This document shows positions 27,804 to 38,639 of a stretch of 64,000 nt of DNA, one piece after another; positions within the stretch are counted from its first letter, which is position 1, and the number at the start of each line of letters is the position of its first letter. Position numbers and translations under genes: made by a program. The stretch comes from a virus. Location: IMG/VR virus record IMGVR_UViG_3300040801_000524, positions 9,742 through 73,741 of that record. One strand, given 5' to 3'. Below the pieces are notes generated by a model. The model was given only the letters and a program-made list of their open reading frames with translations. It ran no database searches and was not told the origin of the DNA.

Positions 27804-29452
27804 TGAGAGACAAACTGTCCGCAATTCTGAGGTACAACCTACCCGAGTTCGTCCGTGAGGATCACGAACTGTTCATTGCGTTCGTCCAAGCGTATTACGA
27901 ATGGATGGAAGAGTCTGGTAATGCCTTGTACTTCCTTCAGGGGTTTGAGAAAAACCTTGATGTCGATCTGGCTGAACCTGAGTTCATCGATCAGTTCATC
28001 AAGGAACTGGCTGTCACCTTCCCGAAAAACATTCTGATCAGCCGTGATGAACTGCTGAAGATCATCCGTGAGTTCTACATCTCCAAGGGGTCGGAACAGT
28101 CCTTCCGATTCCTGTTCACCATCCTGTATGATGCTGAAATCGAGATTCAAGAACCCCGTGAGTTTATCCACAAGTCTTCAACCGGTCAATACCAGTCGAA
28201 TGACTATGCGTACATCACCGCTGACAACGAATTCAAGATCGCACAAATCCTTCGAGAGTCCCCCGAGAACATCTCGGCTTCAATCGAGGGTGTAACATCC
28301 GGTGCCAAGGCTATCATTGACTTGTTCACAACCACTTTCTTCGATCAACAGAAGATTTTCAAGATGGACATTTCTTCATATCAGGGGTTCTTCACCCCGG
28401 GTGAGGATGTCCTTCTGACTGTCAATGAGTTTCTTGTTCAAGAGAAAATCTATGGCATCATCAATGATATTCAAGTCACCGATGGTGGTACCAACTACAA
28501 GCTGACCGATTCTGTGACTATCACGGATGCTACCGGCAAGCGTGCCAAAGCCAAGATCAAGCGTCTGGACTCTGGGGGCTTCGACAGTGTGACCATTCTT
28601 GCCCCGGGCACTGGGTATGCTGTTGGTGAGTATATCGGTGCTGTTCCCCTTCTGGACTCCCAGGGATACGGTTTCTTGGCACAGATCAAGGAAGTGGATA
28701 CCGGTGGCGAGATTCTTGCCGTGCAAGTTTTGAATCAAGGTTACGATTACACCAAGTTGGCCCCGGGCTTCGTAAAGAACTCCGCTGGTACCGGTGCGCA
28801 ATTGGAACTGAATGGTGATCGAATTGGTAAGATCATCGAGATGGAAGTCTTCGATTCTGGTATCAATTATGAGAACGTTGGTACCATAAACGTTACCATC
28901 AACTCCACCGATGGAGTAGGGGCCGTTCTGACTCCAATTCTTCGTGGTGTGTTCAACGAACCGAAGGTGTACATCAACCAAGACGACTTCCCATCCAACT
29001 ATGACCGGATTTTGGATTCCTACCTATATCAAGACTTTTCGTATGTGATTCAGTCCAAGGTGGCCCCACAAGAGTGGTTGGGGACCGTCAAGCGTATTGC
29101 CCACCCGGCCGGTATGCAATTGTTCGGTTCACTGTTGCTGGAAAATGTGTTTGACATCCACATCACCCTTCCGGACAACGTGGCTGCAAGTATTTCGTAC
29201 ACCATCAAACTGTTGAATCAGGTTGATGTTCCGAATCACCCGATTTATGAGTCACGACAGATCACACTGATTCGTGAAAATGACGACTCATGTGGTATGG
29301 GCCTGACCCTTTGGGATTTGGACGTTATGAAGTTCTATCCGAGCTTCCCATACCCCATCGAACCGTTCAAAGATTACACCATCGATGATGTGGTTAGCCG
29401 TTGCCAACCACCGATGAAATACATGGAGAGTTCAACGATTACAATCATTTGA
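27803..29452 (+). CDS. gp7: Baseplate wedge initiator (gp7-like)
   Basis: LPEFV..F..F..AYYE, FY.SKGS..SF..LF.ILY, GxGY repeats, DS..YQ.FSYVI.S...W...K..HPAG..LFG. Confidence 0.8.
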   Translation: MRDKLSAILRYNLPEFVREDHELFIAFVQAYYEWMEESGNALYFLQGFEKNLDVDLAEPEFIDQFIKELAVTFPKNILISRDELLKIIREFYISKGSEQSFRFLFTILYDAEIEIQEPREFIHKSSTGQYQSNDYAYITADNEFKIAQILRESPENISASIEGVTSGAKAIIDLFTTTFFDQQKIFKMDISSYQGFFTPGEDVLLTVNEFLVQEKIYGIINDIQVTDGGTNYKLTDSVTITDATGKRAKAKIKRLDSGGFDSVTILAPGTGYAVGEYIGAVPLLDSQGYGFLAQIKEVDTGGEILAVQVLNQGYDYTKLAPGFVKNSAGTGAQLELNGDRIGKIIEMEVFDSGINYENVGTINVTINSTDGVGAVLTPILRGVFNEPKVYINQDDFPSNYDRILDSYLYQDFSYVIQSKVAPQEWLGTVKRIAHPAGMQLFGSLLLENVFDIHITLPDNVAASISYTIKLLNQVDVPNHPIYESRQITLIRENDDSCGMGLTLWDLDVMKFYPSFPYPIEPFKDYTIDDVVSRCQPPMKYMESSTITII

Positions 29453-29459
29453 ACCCCCT

Positions 29460-29467
29460 GATAAATA
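29460..29467 (+). promoter_or_regulatory. Late promoter GATAAATA
   Basis: Intergenic, upstream of gp8. Confidence 0.65.
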
Positions 29468-29504
29468 CCCTAATAGAGACCTTACCAAAAACAGGATTTG
29501 ACAA

Positions 29505-30824
29505 ATGCCAGCAATCATTAAAAACGACATCCGAGTGTTTGGGGCAAACCAGTTCATCAACTCATTCGCCAAGTCAAACTACGATGTTTGGCAAACCGGT
29601 ACCGCATACACTGCCGGTGACGTTGCTGTCAATGGTTCCTACAAATACATCGCAACCACTGCCGGAACTTCCGGTGCCATCGCACCCACCCACACGTCTG
29701 GGTCCGCATCTGACGGTGGTGTGACATGGCTGTTCGTGGAAGTTTCCATCAACACCAGCTTCTTCGAGAACAACCTGTATGTCGGCATCGGCAAGGTTGA
29801 TCCGTGGGCCGGTGAACCGACCCCAGATAGCCCTCTGGACGATGACGCAACCAAGTACAACGACTTGGCACATCTTCTGGCTGCCAAGCGACTGGAAGCC
29901 AACTCCGTTTCCTACGCAATCGACCGAATCGATTGGGTTTCTGGCATGGATATTGACCAGTACGATCCGACTGTCGAGTCTTTCGCATACGCCAACCCGT
30001 TCTACGTCTACACAGATGAAAACCACATCTACAAATGTCTGGACAATGCCGGTGGTACCGCTTCCACATCCAAGCCGACTGGACAGGCTGTTGATCCATT
30101 CATCACCGCTGACGGCCTGACATGGCAGTACATGGGTACCGTTTCGGCATCTGATGCCATCCAATTCCTGACATCTACCCACGTGCCTGTGGAGAAGAAG
30201 CTGTCTGACGATGGTTCCCCGCAATGGAACGTTCAGCAAAACGCACGTGCGGGTTCCGTGTCAACCGTCAATGTGACTGCGGGTGGTTCCGGATACACAA
30301 CCGCTACCGTGACATTCGATGCGCCACCGGCCGGTGGTACCCTTGCTCAAGGTACCGCTGTCGTTCAAGGTGGTGTGGTAACCGCTGTTCAGGTAACCGT
30401 CAAAGGTGAAGGATACGAAACCACCCCGAACGTGACAATCGGTGGTGATGGTGCCGGTGCTACCGCTGAAGCCGTTTTGGCCCCGAAAGACGGCCATGGT
30501 GCCAACATCCTGACCGAACTGAATGCCCGCTACGTGGTGTTCAACGCCCGTTTCGATGACACAGAAGGTGGCTATTTCCCGATCACTGGTGAGAATGATT
30601 TCCGTCAAATCAGCCTGATCGTGGACCCCCGTGATGTCAACGGAAATCTGGCTACGGCCCCCCGTTACATCGGCCCCGACCATGATGACTGGGATGGTTC
30701 AGAGACATCCGGCAAGTCCGAACTGATGAAAGGGTCTGGCTACACCCTGTACATCGAGAACATTGCACCGGTTGTGCGTACATCCGGTCAGATCGAAGAC
30801 GTGAAAGTCGTCTTGAAGTTCTAA
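29505..30824 (+). CDS. gp8: Baseplate wedge subunit
   Basis: MPAII...R...A..F, Y..IG...W, R.DW, FYV......YKCL.N...S..P...DG..W.Y, NDFRQ, R...Q.ED.K.V..F. Confidence 0.88.
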   Translation: MPAIIKNDIRVFGANQFINSFAKSNYDVWQTGTAYTAGDVAVNGSYKYIATTAGTSGAIAPTHTSGSASDGGVTWLFVEVSINTSFFENNLYVGIGKVDPWAGEPTPDSPLDDDATKYNDLAHLLAAKRLEANSVSYAIDRIDWVSGMDIDQYDPTVESFAYANPFYVYTDENHIYKCLDNAGGTASTSKPTGQAVDPFITADGLTWQYMGTVSASDAIQFLTSTHVPVEKKLSDDGSPQWNVQQNARAGSVSTVNVTAGGSGYTTATVTFDAPPAGGTLAQGTAVVQGGVVTAVQVTVKGEGYETTPNVTIGGDGAGATAEAVLAPKDGHGANILTELNARYVVFNARFDDTEGGYFPITGENDFRQISLIVDPRDVNGNLATAPRYIGPDHDDWDGSETSGKSELMKGSGYTLYIENIAPVVRTSGQIEDVKVVLKF

Positions 30825-30835
30825 GGAGAACCCCG

Positions 30836-31114
30836 ATGAAATCGTTCAAAGAATTTGCGGCCCTTAACGAAGGCATGTCGGTTGGTGACTGGATTTACCA
30901 ACGGGGAAGTGACTTCGAATCATGGGGAATTCTTCTGGAACCCCAAAAGAACGGTGGATTCAAGGCCGCTGTTTTTACATCAACCGGTGGTAGCCTTGCT
31001 GGACAAGCAAAAATGAAGTCCACCAAAGGGTGGTATCCGGCCCCGAAGGTTATCAAAGTGGACGAAGTTCCTGATAAAGTTCTGAAAAAGATCAAAGACA
31101 AGGCTGGAATGTAA
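30836..31114 (+). CDS. Small basic protein with capsid-targeting-like leader (putative internal protein)
   Basis: MKSFKEFAALNE leader, SD aaggag. Confidence 0.7.
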   Translation: MKSFKEFAALNEGMSVGDWIYQRGSDFESWGILLEPQKNGGFKAAVFTSTGGSLAGQAKMKSTKGWYPAPKVIKVDEVPDKVLKKIKDKAGM

Positions 31115-31116
31115 GC

Positions 31117-31124
31117 CATAAATA
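31117..31124 (+). promoter_or_regulatory. Late promoter CATAAATA
   Basis: Intergenic, upstream of the DUF4815 gene. Confidence 0.65.
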
Positions 31125-31157
31125 CCGGAATAGACCTACACCCAAAAAGAGATACTA

Positions 31158-34100
31158 ATGGCAAAACTGACATTCAACCGTGAACCGTATTTCGATGATT
31201 TCGATCAGGAAAAGAACTTCTATCAAATCCTGTTCCGTCCATCACGTGCGATTCAGACCCGTGAACTGAACCAACTGCAAACCATCCTTGGTCACCAGAT
31301 CGAAGGTATTGGGGATCATCTGTGGAAATTCGGTTCTATGGTCCGCACCGGTTCCGTCCGCTTCATGAACCAAGTTCGCTATGTTCGTCTGAAGGACCTG
31401 ACCCCTTCGGCCGCTGCCATCGATGTATCTCTGTTTGACGGCCGTCAAGTTCGAGGCAAGACTTCTGGTCTTCTGGCCAACGTTCTGAAGACATCCCCGA
31501 AGGATGACTTCGATCCGGCTACCATCTTCGTGGAGTACACCAACACCGCTATCGATGGGGTAACCCGTGCGTTTGTCAATGGTGAAACACTGGAAGTTCT
31601 GGATTCCCAAGGCTACCCGATCTACGAAGCTGTGGTTCGCTGCCCCGACTGTACCGTCAACCCTGATTCCGACCTGATCAGTCCGACCGGTTTTGGTTCT
31701 CTGTTCGGTGCGGCTGACGCATCGTACTATGTCCATGGCCGCATCATTCCGGTCACTCAACAGACCATCGTTCTGGACAAGTACGGTACCACCCCGTCTT
31801 ACAAGATCGGATTCGACATCGTTCAGACCATCGTAACCGCTGACCAAGACATCTCCCTTCTGGACAATGCTTTGGGTTCCCCGAACTTCACTGCCCCGGG
31901 TGCCGACCGCTACCGCATCAATCTGGTTCTGTCCAAGAAGCCGCTTGACGATGACGATGACGAAAACTTCGTTCTACTGGCACGTGTTGACCAAGGTTAC
32001 CTTCAAGAAGTAGCCGACAAGCCTCAGTATGGCGAAATCATGAACATGCTTGCCAGACGTACCTATGACGAATCTGGTGACTACACAGTTCGCCCGTTCA
32101 CCCTGAACTTCCGTGAACACTTGAAAGAAGGTTCCAACGATGGTTGGAAGACCGCTGCCGAAGGTGGTGATTCTTCCAAATTCATCACCGTGGTTTCCCC
32201 GGGCAAGGCATACGTGCGTGGCCGTGAAATCGAGGTCATCTCCGACCGTGTGGTTGAAATCGACAAAGCCCGTGACACCGACAAGAAGCGTTCTTCTGTC
32301 GTGCGTGCGTACATGGGCAACTACATCATCATCACCATGGACCCGGTTACCAACCTGACCCCCGTTACCAGCGTTCAGAATGGAACAGATTTTGCTGTGG
32401 ATTTCGGCAAGGTCAACCTGTATGACAACACCACATCCGGTGGCAACTACTCAGGTAACCAAGTCGGTACAGCACGTGTGAAAGGTATCGAACTTCACTC
32501 CGGAACCGCTGGTGACCCGGCTGCCGAATGGAAACTGTACATCTTTGAAATGGTTTTCGCAACCGGCAAAAACCTTCAGGATGTCGTGGGCCTTCACCGT
32601 ACCGGTGGTGGTTCTCAAACCTTCGGTGCCAACATCGTTCAAGATGGTGGTGTGAACAAGATTTACGAACCGATCAACAACAAGCTGTTGTTCACCATCC
32701 CGTACCAGTTCAACAAGTCCATTCGTGACGCTGACAACCCGCTTGTGTCCAACACTTCTGTGACCGTGGTCAAGAAGCTGGTCGGTGCCGTCAACGCACA
32801 GAACAAGGTCATCTTCTCCGCTGAAGGTGATGAAACCTTCCTGAACTTCGACTCCCTGAAATGGATCGGTGGTCTTCAACAAACTGCCGGTGGCAACTTC
32901 TTGCCGTATGACCTGACCGTGACTGACCGCATGGTGGTGACACCATCCCAGATCACCGTTCAGAACTTTGCCGGTGGTGATGTCGGTAAGAACTTCGTTC
33001 TGATCTGCGAAGTCCTGAAGTCCAATGCCAAAGAGAAGACCAAGGTTCTGGATACCGTGTTCCTATCCGCTATCCCGGCTGACGTTGCATCCATCTCTCT
33101 TCAATACCCTGACATCTTCCGGGTGGTTTCTGTCTATGACACAACCAACAGTGTTGACGTGACAGACAACTACGTTCTGGACAACGGTGTCCGTGACAAC
33201 TACTACGGTATCGGTAAACTGACCCTGAAGTCTGGTGTGGCTACCCCAGACCCGGGCACTCTGGTTGACATCGAATTCGAATACTTCCAGCACACCGGTA
33301 CCGGGTACTACTTCTCCGTGGATTCGTACACAACCATCGTGAACGATCCGGGTCTGGATTTCGACTACGAAGACATTCCGGTTTACACCGCACTTGACGG
33401 AACCAAGTTCCGCATGACAGACACCATCGACTTCCGTCCGACTATCGGTACCGATGGCACATTCTCACATGCGTCCGCTGTTCTGTCAAACACCCCTGTG
33501 GATGAATCCAACATCATCTTCGATGTGGAATACTACCTTCCACGAATCGATCTTCTGTGCCTGACAGATCAGGGTGATTTCATCGCTGTCAAGGGTGATC
33601 CGGACCTGAACCCGTCTGTTCCGCATGCGGCCGAATCCAGCATGGCCATTTACCAGATTCCGATCAACGCATACACCTTCGATGTTCAATCGGATGTGGC
33701 CATGCGCTATCTGGACAACAAGCGTTACACCATGCGTGACATCGGCCGTCTGGAAAAGCGTATCGAGAACCTTGAATACTACGTGACCTTCAACCTGTTG
33801 GAGAAGGCAACTGCCGACACTGACGTTCTTGATGGTCTGGGCAACACCCGATTCAAGAACGGTTTCCTTGTGGACAACTTCAAGGACTTCATCGCATCTG
33901 ACACCACTTCCCCGGAATACTCCGTGGCACTGGACACCGATGATGGTATCCTGAGACCGTCATTCCTTCAGAAATCGATTCGAATGGAACTGGATACCGG
34001 TTCTTCCAGCAACTACCATCTGAACGGTAAGGTTATCACCATGCCGTACACCGATGAAGAGTGGTTGAAGCAACCTTTCGCTACCAAGTCCATCTCCGTC

Positions 34101-36803
34101 AACCCGTACCTGATCTGGAACGTCAAGGGTATCATGGCCCTGTCCCCGTCTACCGACATGTGGAAGGACGTGAACCAGCAACCGGCCGTGGTGACCAACA
34201 TCGATACCGGATTCGAGGCTATTCGCCAAATTGCGAACGCTGCCGGTGTTCTGGGTACCACTTGGGGTAACTGGCGTACAACCAACACCAGCCGCAACAC
34301 CCAAGTGAATACAACTGCGAACTGGTTGGGTACCACTACCACAACAACCACTACCACAACCAGTGATCAGACCCGTACCGGTGTCAACCGTTCTCTGGAA
34401 CGTGAGGTAACCCGTAGAAGTCTGGGTACCTTCGTGACCAGCGTGAACCTGATCCCGTACATCCGTTCGATCCCGGTTCAATTTGCTGCAACCGGTCTAC
34501 GTCCACGTACCAAGGTTTACGCATTCTTCGATGGTGTGGATGTGAATGAAGATACCCGTCCAATGAACGGTTCCAACGGCCAACCGCTGGTGACTGATGC
34601 CAACGGTAACATCGTTGGTGTGTTCACCATTCCAAACCGTCCGGACAAGCGTTTCTTCACCGGTACCCGTGAGTTCATTCTGACCACTTCTCCGACAAAC
34701 GCTGATGATGTGGATGAAGTGTTCACCTTCGCACGTGCGCAGTACCATGCGGGTGGCCTACGTGAGACCCGTAGAGAATCGGTCATCTCCGTGACAACCC
34801 CACGTCTGACCAGCAACGAAGTCGAACAGAATCGTACTCTGACAACTCAGTCCGTCCGTACCAACCGAATTCTTAACGACTTTGGTGGTGGTGGTGACGG
34901 TGGTGACCCGCTGGCACAATCCTTTGTGGTCGAAGACGAAACCGGTGTATTCCTGACCGGTATCGATCTGTACTTTGCTGCCAAGGACGAAAAGGTACCA
35001 GTATGGTTCCAGATTCGCAACATGATCAACGGTTACCCGGGCACCACGATTGTTCCGTTCTCGGACATGACCCTGAAGCCGAACAAGATCAACGTATCTG
35101 AAGACGGTTCCATTGCCACACGTTTGACCTTCGAGGCACCGGTTTACCTGAACCCGGACGAAGAGTATTGCTTCGTGGTTGGTTCCGATGTGAACACCCA
35201 CCGTCTGTTCGCATGCAAACTGGGTTCCCAAACACTTGGGGCTAACCCGGTTACCGTGTCCAAGCAACCGACTCTGGGTTCCATGTTCAAGTCTCAGAAC
35301 AACCGTACATGGACCGCTGAACAGTTCGAAGACATCAAGTTCACCCTGTACCGTGCCGAGTTCAACACCGGTTCGAACATGAACCTGACCTTCAACAACA
35401 TCGATTACGGCCTGAAGACCGAACTACCGACCAACCCGTTCGAGACTGAAAACCTGTCCCGTGACGTGCGTGTGTACATGAAGAACCACGGTCTTGTTGC
35501 CAACGACAAGGTGAAACTGGAACTTCTTCAGGACACTTGGTACGAACTGTACCTACAGTCCGGCAACCTTGTTGTGGGTCAGAAGTTGACCGGTGGTACC
35601 AACGGTGGTACAGCCATCATCAAAGAACTGGAACACCCGGGCCTTGACGGACTTGGAAACAACGTTTACCGTGTGAAGCTGTCTGAACTGAAAGGCATCT
35701 TTGCCGATGGTGAACAGTTCTCCGGTGCGCTGATCTACGAATCATACGACAACAGCCGTGTACTGGAAGCCCTTGACATCGTTCCTGTGGTCCCGGTTCA
35801 CAACGTGGCTATCGGTACCTTCCCGACCGGTGTGGACAACACCTTCAACGGTATTCCGCTGGATGACCTGTCAACCCCGGAACATCTGGTACAACACGTT
35901 GACTCCATGGATTCGTTCATCATCCAAGTGGACACCCAAGCAACCGCTTCCGGCCGTGTCGGTGGTTCTGGAACATGGGCAGTCGGAAACGTTCAAATGG
36001 ACGCATTCGATTTCCAAGTTTCGTACATCGATTTCAAGGGTGACTCTCAGTGGTCATTGACCGGTGTGACACACGGTGGTGTGGGTTCCAATGTAACCAA
36101 CTACAGTTCTGCCAACCCGGTGGCGTTTGTCCCGAACGTGGAACGTGAACTTCGCACCCCGTTGAAGATTGCCAACACCATCAACCAAGACATGAACTTG
36201 GGTGGCAACCCGTCAATCGTGATCAATGCAACCCTGACTTCTGACGACAGCCGCTTGTCTCCGGTGATCAACATCGAAGAAATGGGTCTGACATCCATCA
36301 CCAACCGTGTCGAGTGGAATGACTGCGCAAACTTCTCCGTGTCACCGAACGCAACCGAATCGGGTGACCCGGTGATCTGTGATCCAACCAATCCGGGCTA
36401 CACTGGTGATCATCGCTGGTCTGAAGAAACTGCATACGATGGTGGTTCTGAGGGGGCTAAATACATCATGAAGCCCGTAAACCTTGAGTCACCAGCGACA
36501 AACATCAAGGTTTACATGGACTTGCTGAACACTCTGGACACCGAAGTGAAGATTTTCTATCGCACACTTCCTTCCGAGTCTGATGCCGAGATTCAATCCT
36601 TCAACTGGATTGAAGCCGATTTCGACAACGAAGTGGTTTCCGAGGGTGAGGAAGACTATCGTGAGACCGAAGCAACCATCCCGGCTGGTCCGCTTGACAC
36701 TCTACCCGAGTTCAAAGCATTCCAGATCAAGCTGGTACTTCGTTCCAAGAACTCGGCACGTCCACCGAAGGCACGTAACTTCCGAGCAATTGCGGTAACC
36801 TGA
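31158..36803 (+). CDS. DUF4815 / VrlC-like large baseplate-associated structural protein
   Basis: FN..PYFDDF...KNFY.ILFRP...Q.RELNQLQ, APGADR, LARRTYDESG.Y, RYTMRDIG.LEKRI..LEYY, DPLAQSF. Confidence 0.85.
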   Translation: MAKLTFNREPYFDDFDQEKNFYQILFRPSRAIQTRELNQLQTILGHQIEGIGDHLWKFGSMVRTGSVRFMNQVRYVRLKDLTPSAAAIDVSLFDGRQVRGKTSGLLANVLKTSPKDDFDPATIFVEYTNTAIDGVTRAFVNGETLEVLDSQGYPIYEAVVRCPDCTVNPDSDLISPTGFGSLFGAADASYYVHGRIIPVTQQTIVLDKYGTTPSYKIGFDIVQTIVTADQDISLLDNALGSPNFTAPGADRYRINLVLSKKPLDDDDDENFVLLARVDQGYLQEVADKPQYGEIMNMLARRTYDESGDYTVRPFTLNFREHLKEGSNDGWKTAAEGGDSSKFITVVSPGKAYVRGREIEVISDRVVEIDKARDTDKKRSSVVRAYMGNYIIITMDPVTNLTPVTSVQNGTDFAVDFGKVNLYDNTTSGGNYSGNQVGTARVKGIELHSGTAGDPAAEWKLYIFEMVFATGKNLQDVVGLHRTGGGSQTFGANIVQDGGVNKIYEPINNKLLFTIPYQFNKSIRDADNPLVSNTSVTVVKKLVGAVNAQNKVIFSAEGDETFLNFDSLKWIGGLQQTAGGNFLPYDLTVTDRMVVTPSQITVQNFAGGDVGKNFVLICEVLKSNAKEKTKVLDTVFLSAIPADVASISLQYPDIFRVVSVYDTTNSVDVTDNYVLDNGVRDNYYGIGKLTLKSGVATPDPGTLVDIEFEYFQHTGTGYYFSVDSYTTIVNDPGLDFDYEDIPVYTALDGTKFRMTDTIDFRPTIGTDGTFSHASAVLSNTPVDESNIIFDVEYYLPRIDLLCLTDQGDFIAVKGDPDLNPSVPHAAESSMAIYQIPINAYTFDVQSDVAMRYLDNKRYTMRDIGRLEKRIENLEYYVTFNLLEKATADTDVLDGLGNTRFKNGFLVDNFKDFIASDTTSPEYSVALDTDDGILRPSFLQKSIRMELDTGSSSNYHLNGKVITMPYTDEEWLKQPFATKSISVNPYLIWNVKGIMALSPSTDMWKDVNQQPAVVTNIDTGFEAIRQIANAAGVLGTTWGNWRTTNTSRNTQVNTTANWLGTTTTTTTTTTSDQTRTGVNRSLEREVTRRSLGTFVTSVNLIPYIRSIPVQFAATGLRPRTKVYAFFDGVDVNEDTRPMNGSNGQPLVTDANGNIVGVFTIPNRPDKRFFTGTREFILTTSPTNADDVDEVFTFARAQYHAGGLRETRRESVISVTTPRLTSNEVEQNRTLTTQSVRTNRILNDFGGGGDGGDPLAQSFVVEDETGVFLTGIDLYFAAKDEKVPVWFQIRNMINGYPGTTIVPFSDMTLKPNKINVSEDGSIATRLTFEAPVYLNPDEEYCFVVGSDVNTHRLFACKLGSQTLGANPVTVSKQPTLGSMFKSQNNRTWTAEQFEDIKFTLYRAEFNTGSNMNLTFNNIDYGLKTELPTNPFETENLSRDVRVYMKNHGLVANDKVKLELLQDTWYELYLQSGNLVVGQKLTGGTNGGTAIIKELEHPGLDGLGNNVYRVKLSELKGIFADGEQFSGALIYESYDNSRVLEALDIVPVVPVHNVAIGTFPTGVDNTFNGIPLDDLSTPEHLVQHVDSMDSFIIQVDTQATASGRVGGSGTWAVGNVQMDAFDFQVSYIDFKGDSQWSLTGVTHGGVGSNVTNYSSANPVAFVPNVERELRTPLKIANTINQDMNLGGNPSIVINATLTSDDSRLSPVINIEEMGLTSITNRVEWNDCANFSVSPNATESGDPVICDPTNPGYTGDHRWSEETAYDGGSEGAKYIMKPVNLESPATNIKVYMDLLNTLDTEVKIFYRTLPSESDAEIQSFNWIEADFDNEVVSEGEEDYRETEATIPAGPLDTLPEFKAFQIKLVLRSKNSARPPKARNFRAIAVT

Positions 36804-37009
36804 TGCGAGACAGACAGATAAGGGTAGAAGACAATCGACAGTTCACCAAGAACCCCGTTCGTGGGTCCGTGGTGAACGTTGACAATTCTGCCTTCTCTGC
36901 CCGGAAGCGACAACTGGCCGTACAGAAAACACAACAGCAACGTCTTGACCAAGTGGAACAAGATGTTGCCGAGATAAAAGACATGCTGAAACAGCTTTTG
37001 GAACGATAA
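36803..37009 (+). CDS. Small coiled-coil protein following the DUF4815 gene
   Basis: Translationally coupled; ..G.V.N....RL..VE.DV.EIK.ML..LL. Confidence 0.7.
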   Translation: MRDRQIRVEDNRQFTKNPVRGSVVNVDNSAFSARKRQLAVQKTQQQRLDQVEQDVAEIKDMLKQLLER

Positions 37010-38281
37010 ATGGCAATCACACAAGTTACACTACAGACCCGATTCGAAGAGTGGAAGGACATCACCAACGACATCATCAACGAACTTGGTGATACCGCTG
37101 GTCTGACCACCACAATCAAAACTTCTCTTGTGGCCGCAATCAATGAACTTGACGGCCTGATCGGGAACCTTTCTGCCTTGTCAACAACGGCACAAGGGTC
37201 CCTTGTTGCTGCCATCAACGAAGCCATTGCCGAGCTTGGGGATGTCACCAACCTGAACACCACTGCTACCGATGCCGTGGCTGCCATCAACGAACTTCTG
37301 ACACAAATCGGAACGATTGGTGATCTGTCAACCACCAACACCACAAATCTGGTTCTGGCCATCAACTCGGTGAAATCAGAACTGGATGCTCAAGGGATTG
37401 CCGATGCGGCTGCCATTCTTGCCGTGGCTGATGATCTTGGGGACATCTCCGGTCTGAACACAGATGACACAACCGATGCCGTGGCTGCCATCAACGAACT
37501 TGAAGGTGAAATCGGTGACCTGTCAACTCTGAACACCACTGCGCAGACTTCCCTTGTCGCTGCCATCAATGAGGTTGAAGCCGAATCTGTAACCGGTGAC
37601 AAGGTTCAGTACACAAATGGTGAACCAAATGGTGGCCGATACGCTACCGATGCGCTTTCCAGCATCACGGCTGCAACATTCGCATCAACTGGCACGTTTA
37701 TTGAATACAACTCTGCCACCTTCTCCGAGGGACAGAAGTTCATCAACAACAACGACAACTATGGTGGATCGGCCGGTTCTCTTGGAACAGACATCTCTAC
37801 TCTGGTGGCCGCACTGGGTACCAAAGGTGGTCGCACGAACCAACGATATGGATTTGAGTTCTACATCAACGACATCACCATGGGTGCCAACACTCAGGAT
37901 GCCGAAACCTACCTGACAATCGATTACCACCCGTTCATGGTGACCAACAACAAGATGTTGGCCCCGATTGGGGGTGTGTTCACGTTCATGGCATGGGTCA
38001 AGCTAAAGACGCTTGCGACCCCGGCCAACAACGGTATCCTTCTTGGGGACGCTGCCGGAAAAGTGACTACATACAGAGATGGAGTACAGGCCGCACAGCA
38101 ATCCCTGTTGACAACCGCAAATGGTTGGGTGCACATCAAACAGGTTGTGACTCTGGATACAGAGTTCTACAACTTCATCCCGGCTATTTTCGCCAACAGT
38201 GGTGATGTGATTCAAATTGCGCTGCCTGTGACTGCCAACACAAATCGTGTTTCAGGAATGCATGTGGGGCTTGTGAACTAA
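37010..38281 (+). CDS. Segmented coiled-coil fibre protein (LVAAINEL repeats)
   Basis: TRFEEW N-terminus; 6-7 repeats of GD.S.L.TT...LVAAINE; beta-rich C-terminal domain. Confidence 0.7.
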   Translation: MAITQVTLQTRFEEWKDITNDIINELGDTAGLTTTIKTSLVAAINELDGLIGNLSALSTTAQGSLVAAINEAIAELGDVTNLNTTATDAVAAINELLTQIGTIGDLSTTNTTNLVLAINSVKSELDAQGIADAAAILAVADDLGDISGLNTDDTTDAVAAINELEGEIGDLSTLNTTAQTSLVAAINEVEAESVTGDKVQYTNGEPNGGRYATDALSSITAATFASTGTFIEYNSATFSEGQKFINNNDNYGGSAGSLGTDISTLVAALGTKGGRTNQRYGFEFYINDITMGANTQDAETYLTIDYHPFMVTNNKMLAPIGGVFTFMAWVKLKTLATPANNGILLGDAAGKVTTYRDGVQAAQQSLLTTANGWVHIKQVVTLDTEFYNFIPAIFANSGDVIQIALPVTANTNRVSGMHVGLVN

Positions 38282-38625
38282 TGGCAATCGCAATCAACTT
38301 TGTAATGGATCAAGGCACGCTTTTCGAAGCGTTTGCCACAATTGAGAATGAAGATGGAAGCCTGTTCGATCTGACGGGGTTGACACCGTATTGCCAGATG
38401 CGCAAGTCGTACTACACCAGTTCCGGCTACGACATCACGGCTTCCGTAGATGGTGATCCCACACTTGGGGTCGTCAAACTGTCAATGCTACCGGCTGATT
38501 CGAGTGCTGTCAAGGCTGGTCGGTACGTGTACGATGTTGAAGTCCACAATGCCGGTGGAGACTACGTGAAGAGAGTTCTTCAGGGGGTCATCACCGTTTA
38601 CCCGCAAGTGACCAGAACACCGTGA
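38281..38625 (+). CDS. BppU-like adaptor/structural protein
   Basis: DQG..F.......DLTG....QMRKSY....GRYVYDVE.....RV..G...V.P.VT. Confidence 0.65.
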   Translation: MAIAINFVMDQGTLFEAFATIENEDGSLFDLTGLTPYCQMRKSYYTSSGYDITASVDGDPTLGVVKLSMLPADSSAVKAGRYVYDVEVHNAGGDYVKRVLQGVITVYPQVTRTP

Positions 38626-38639
38626 CGCAGAGATGACGA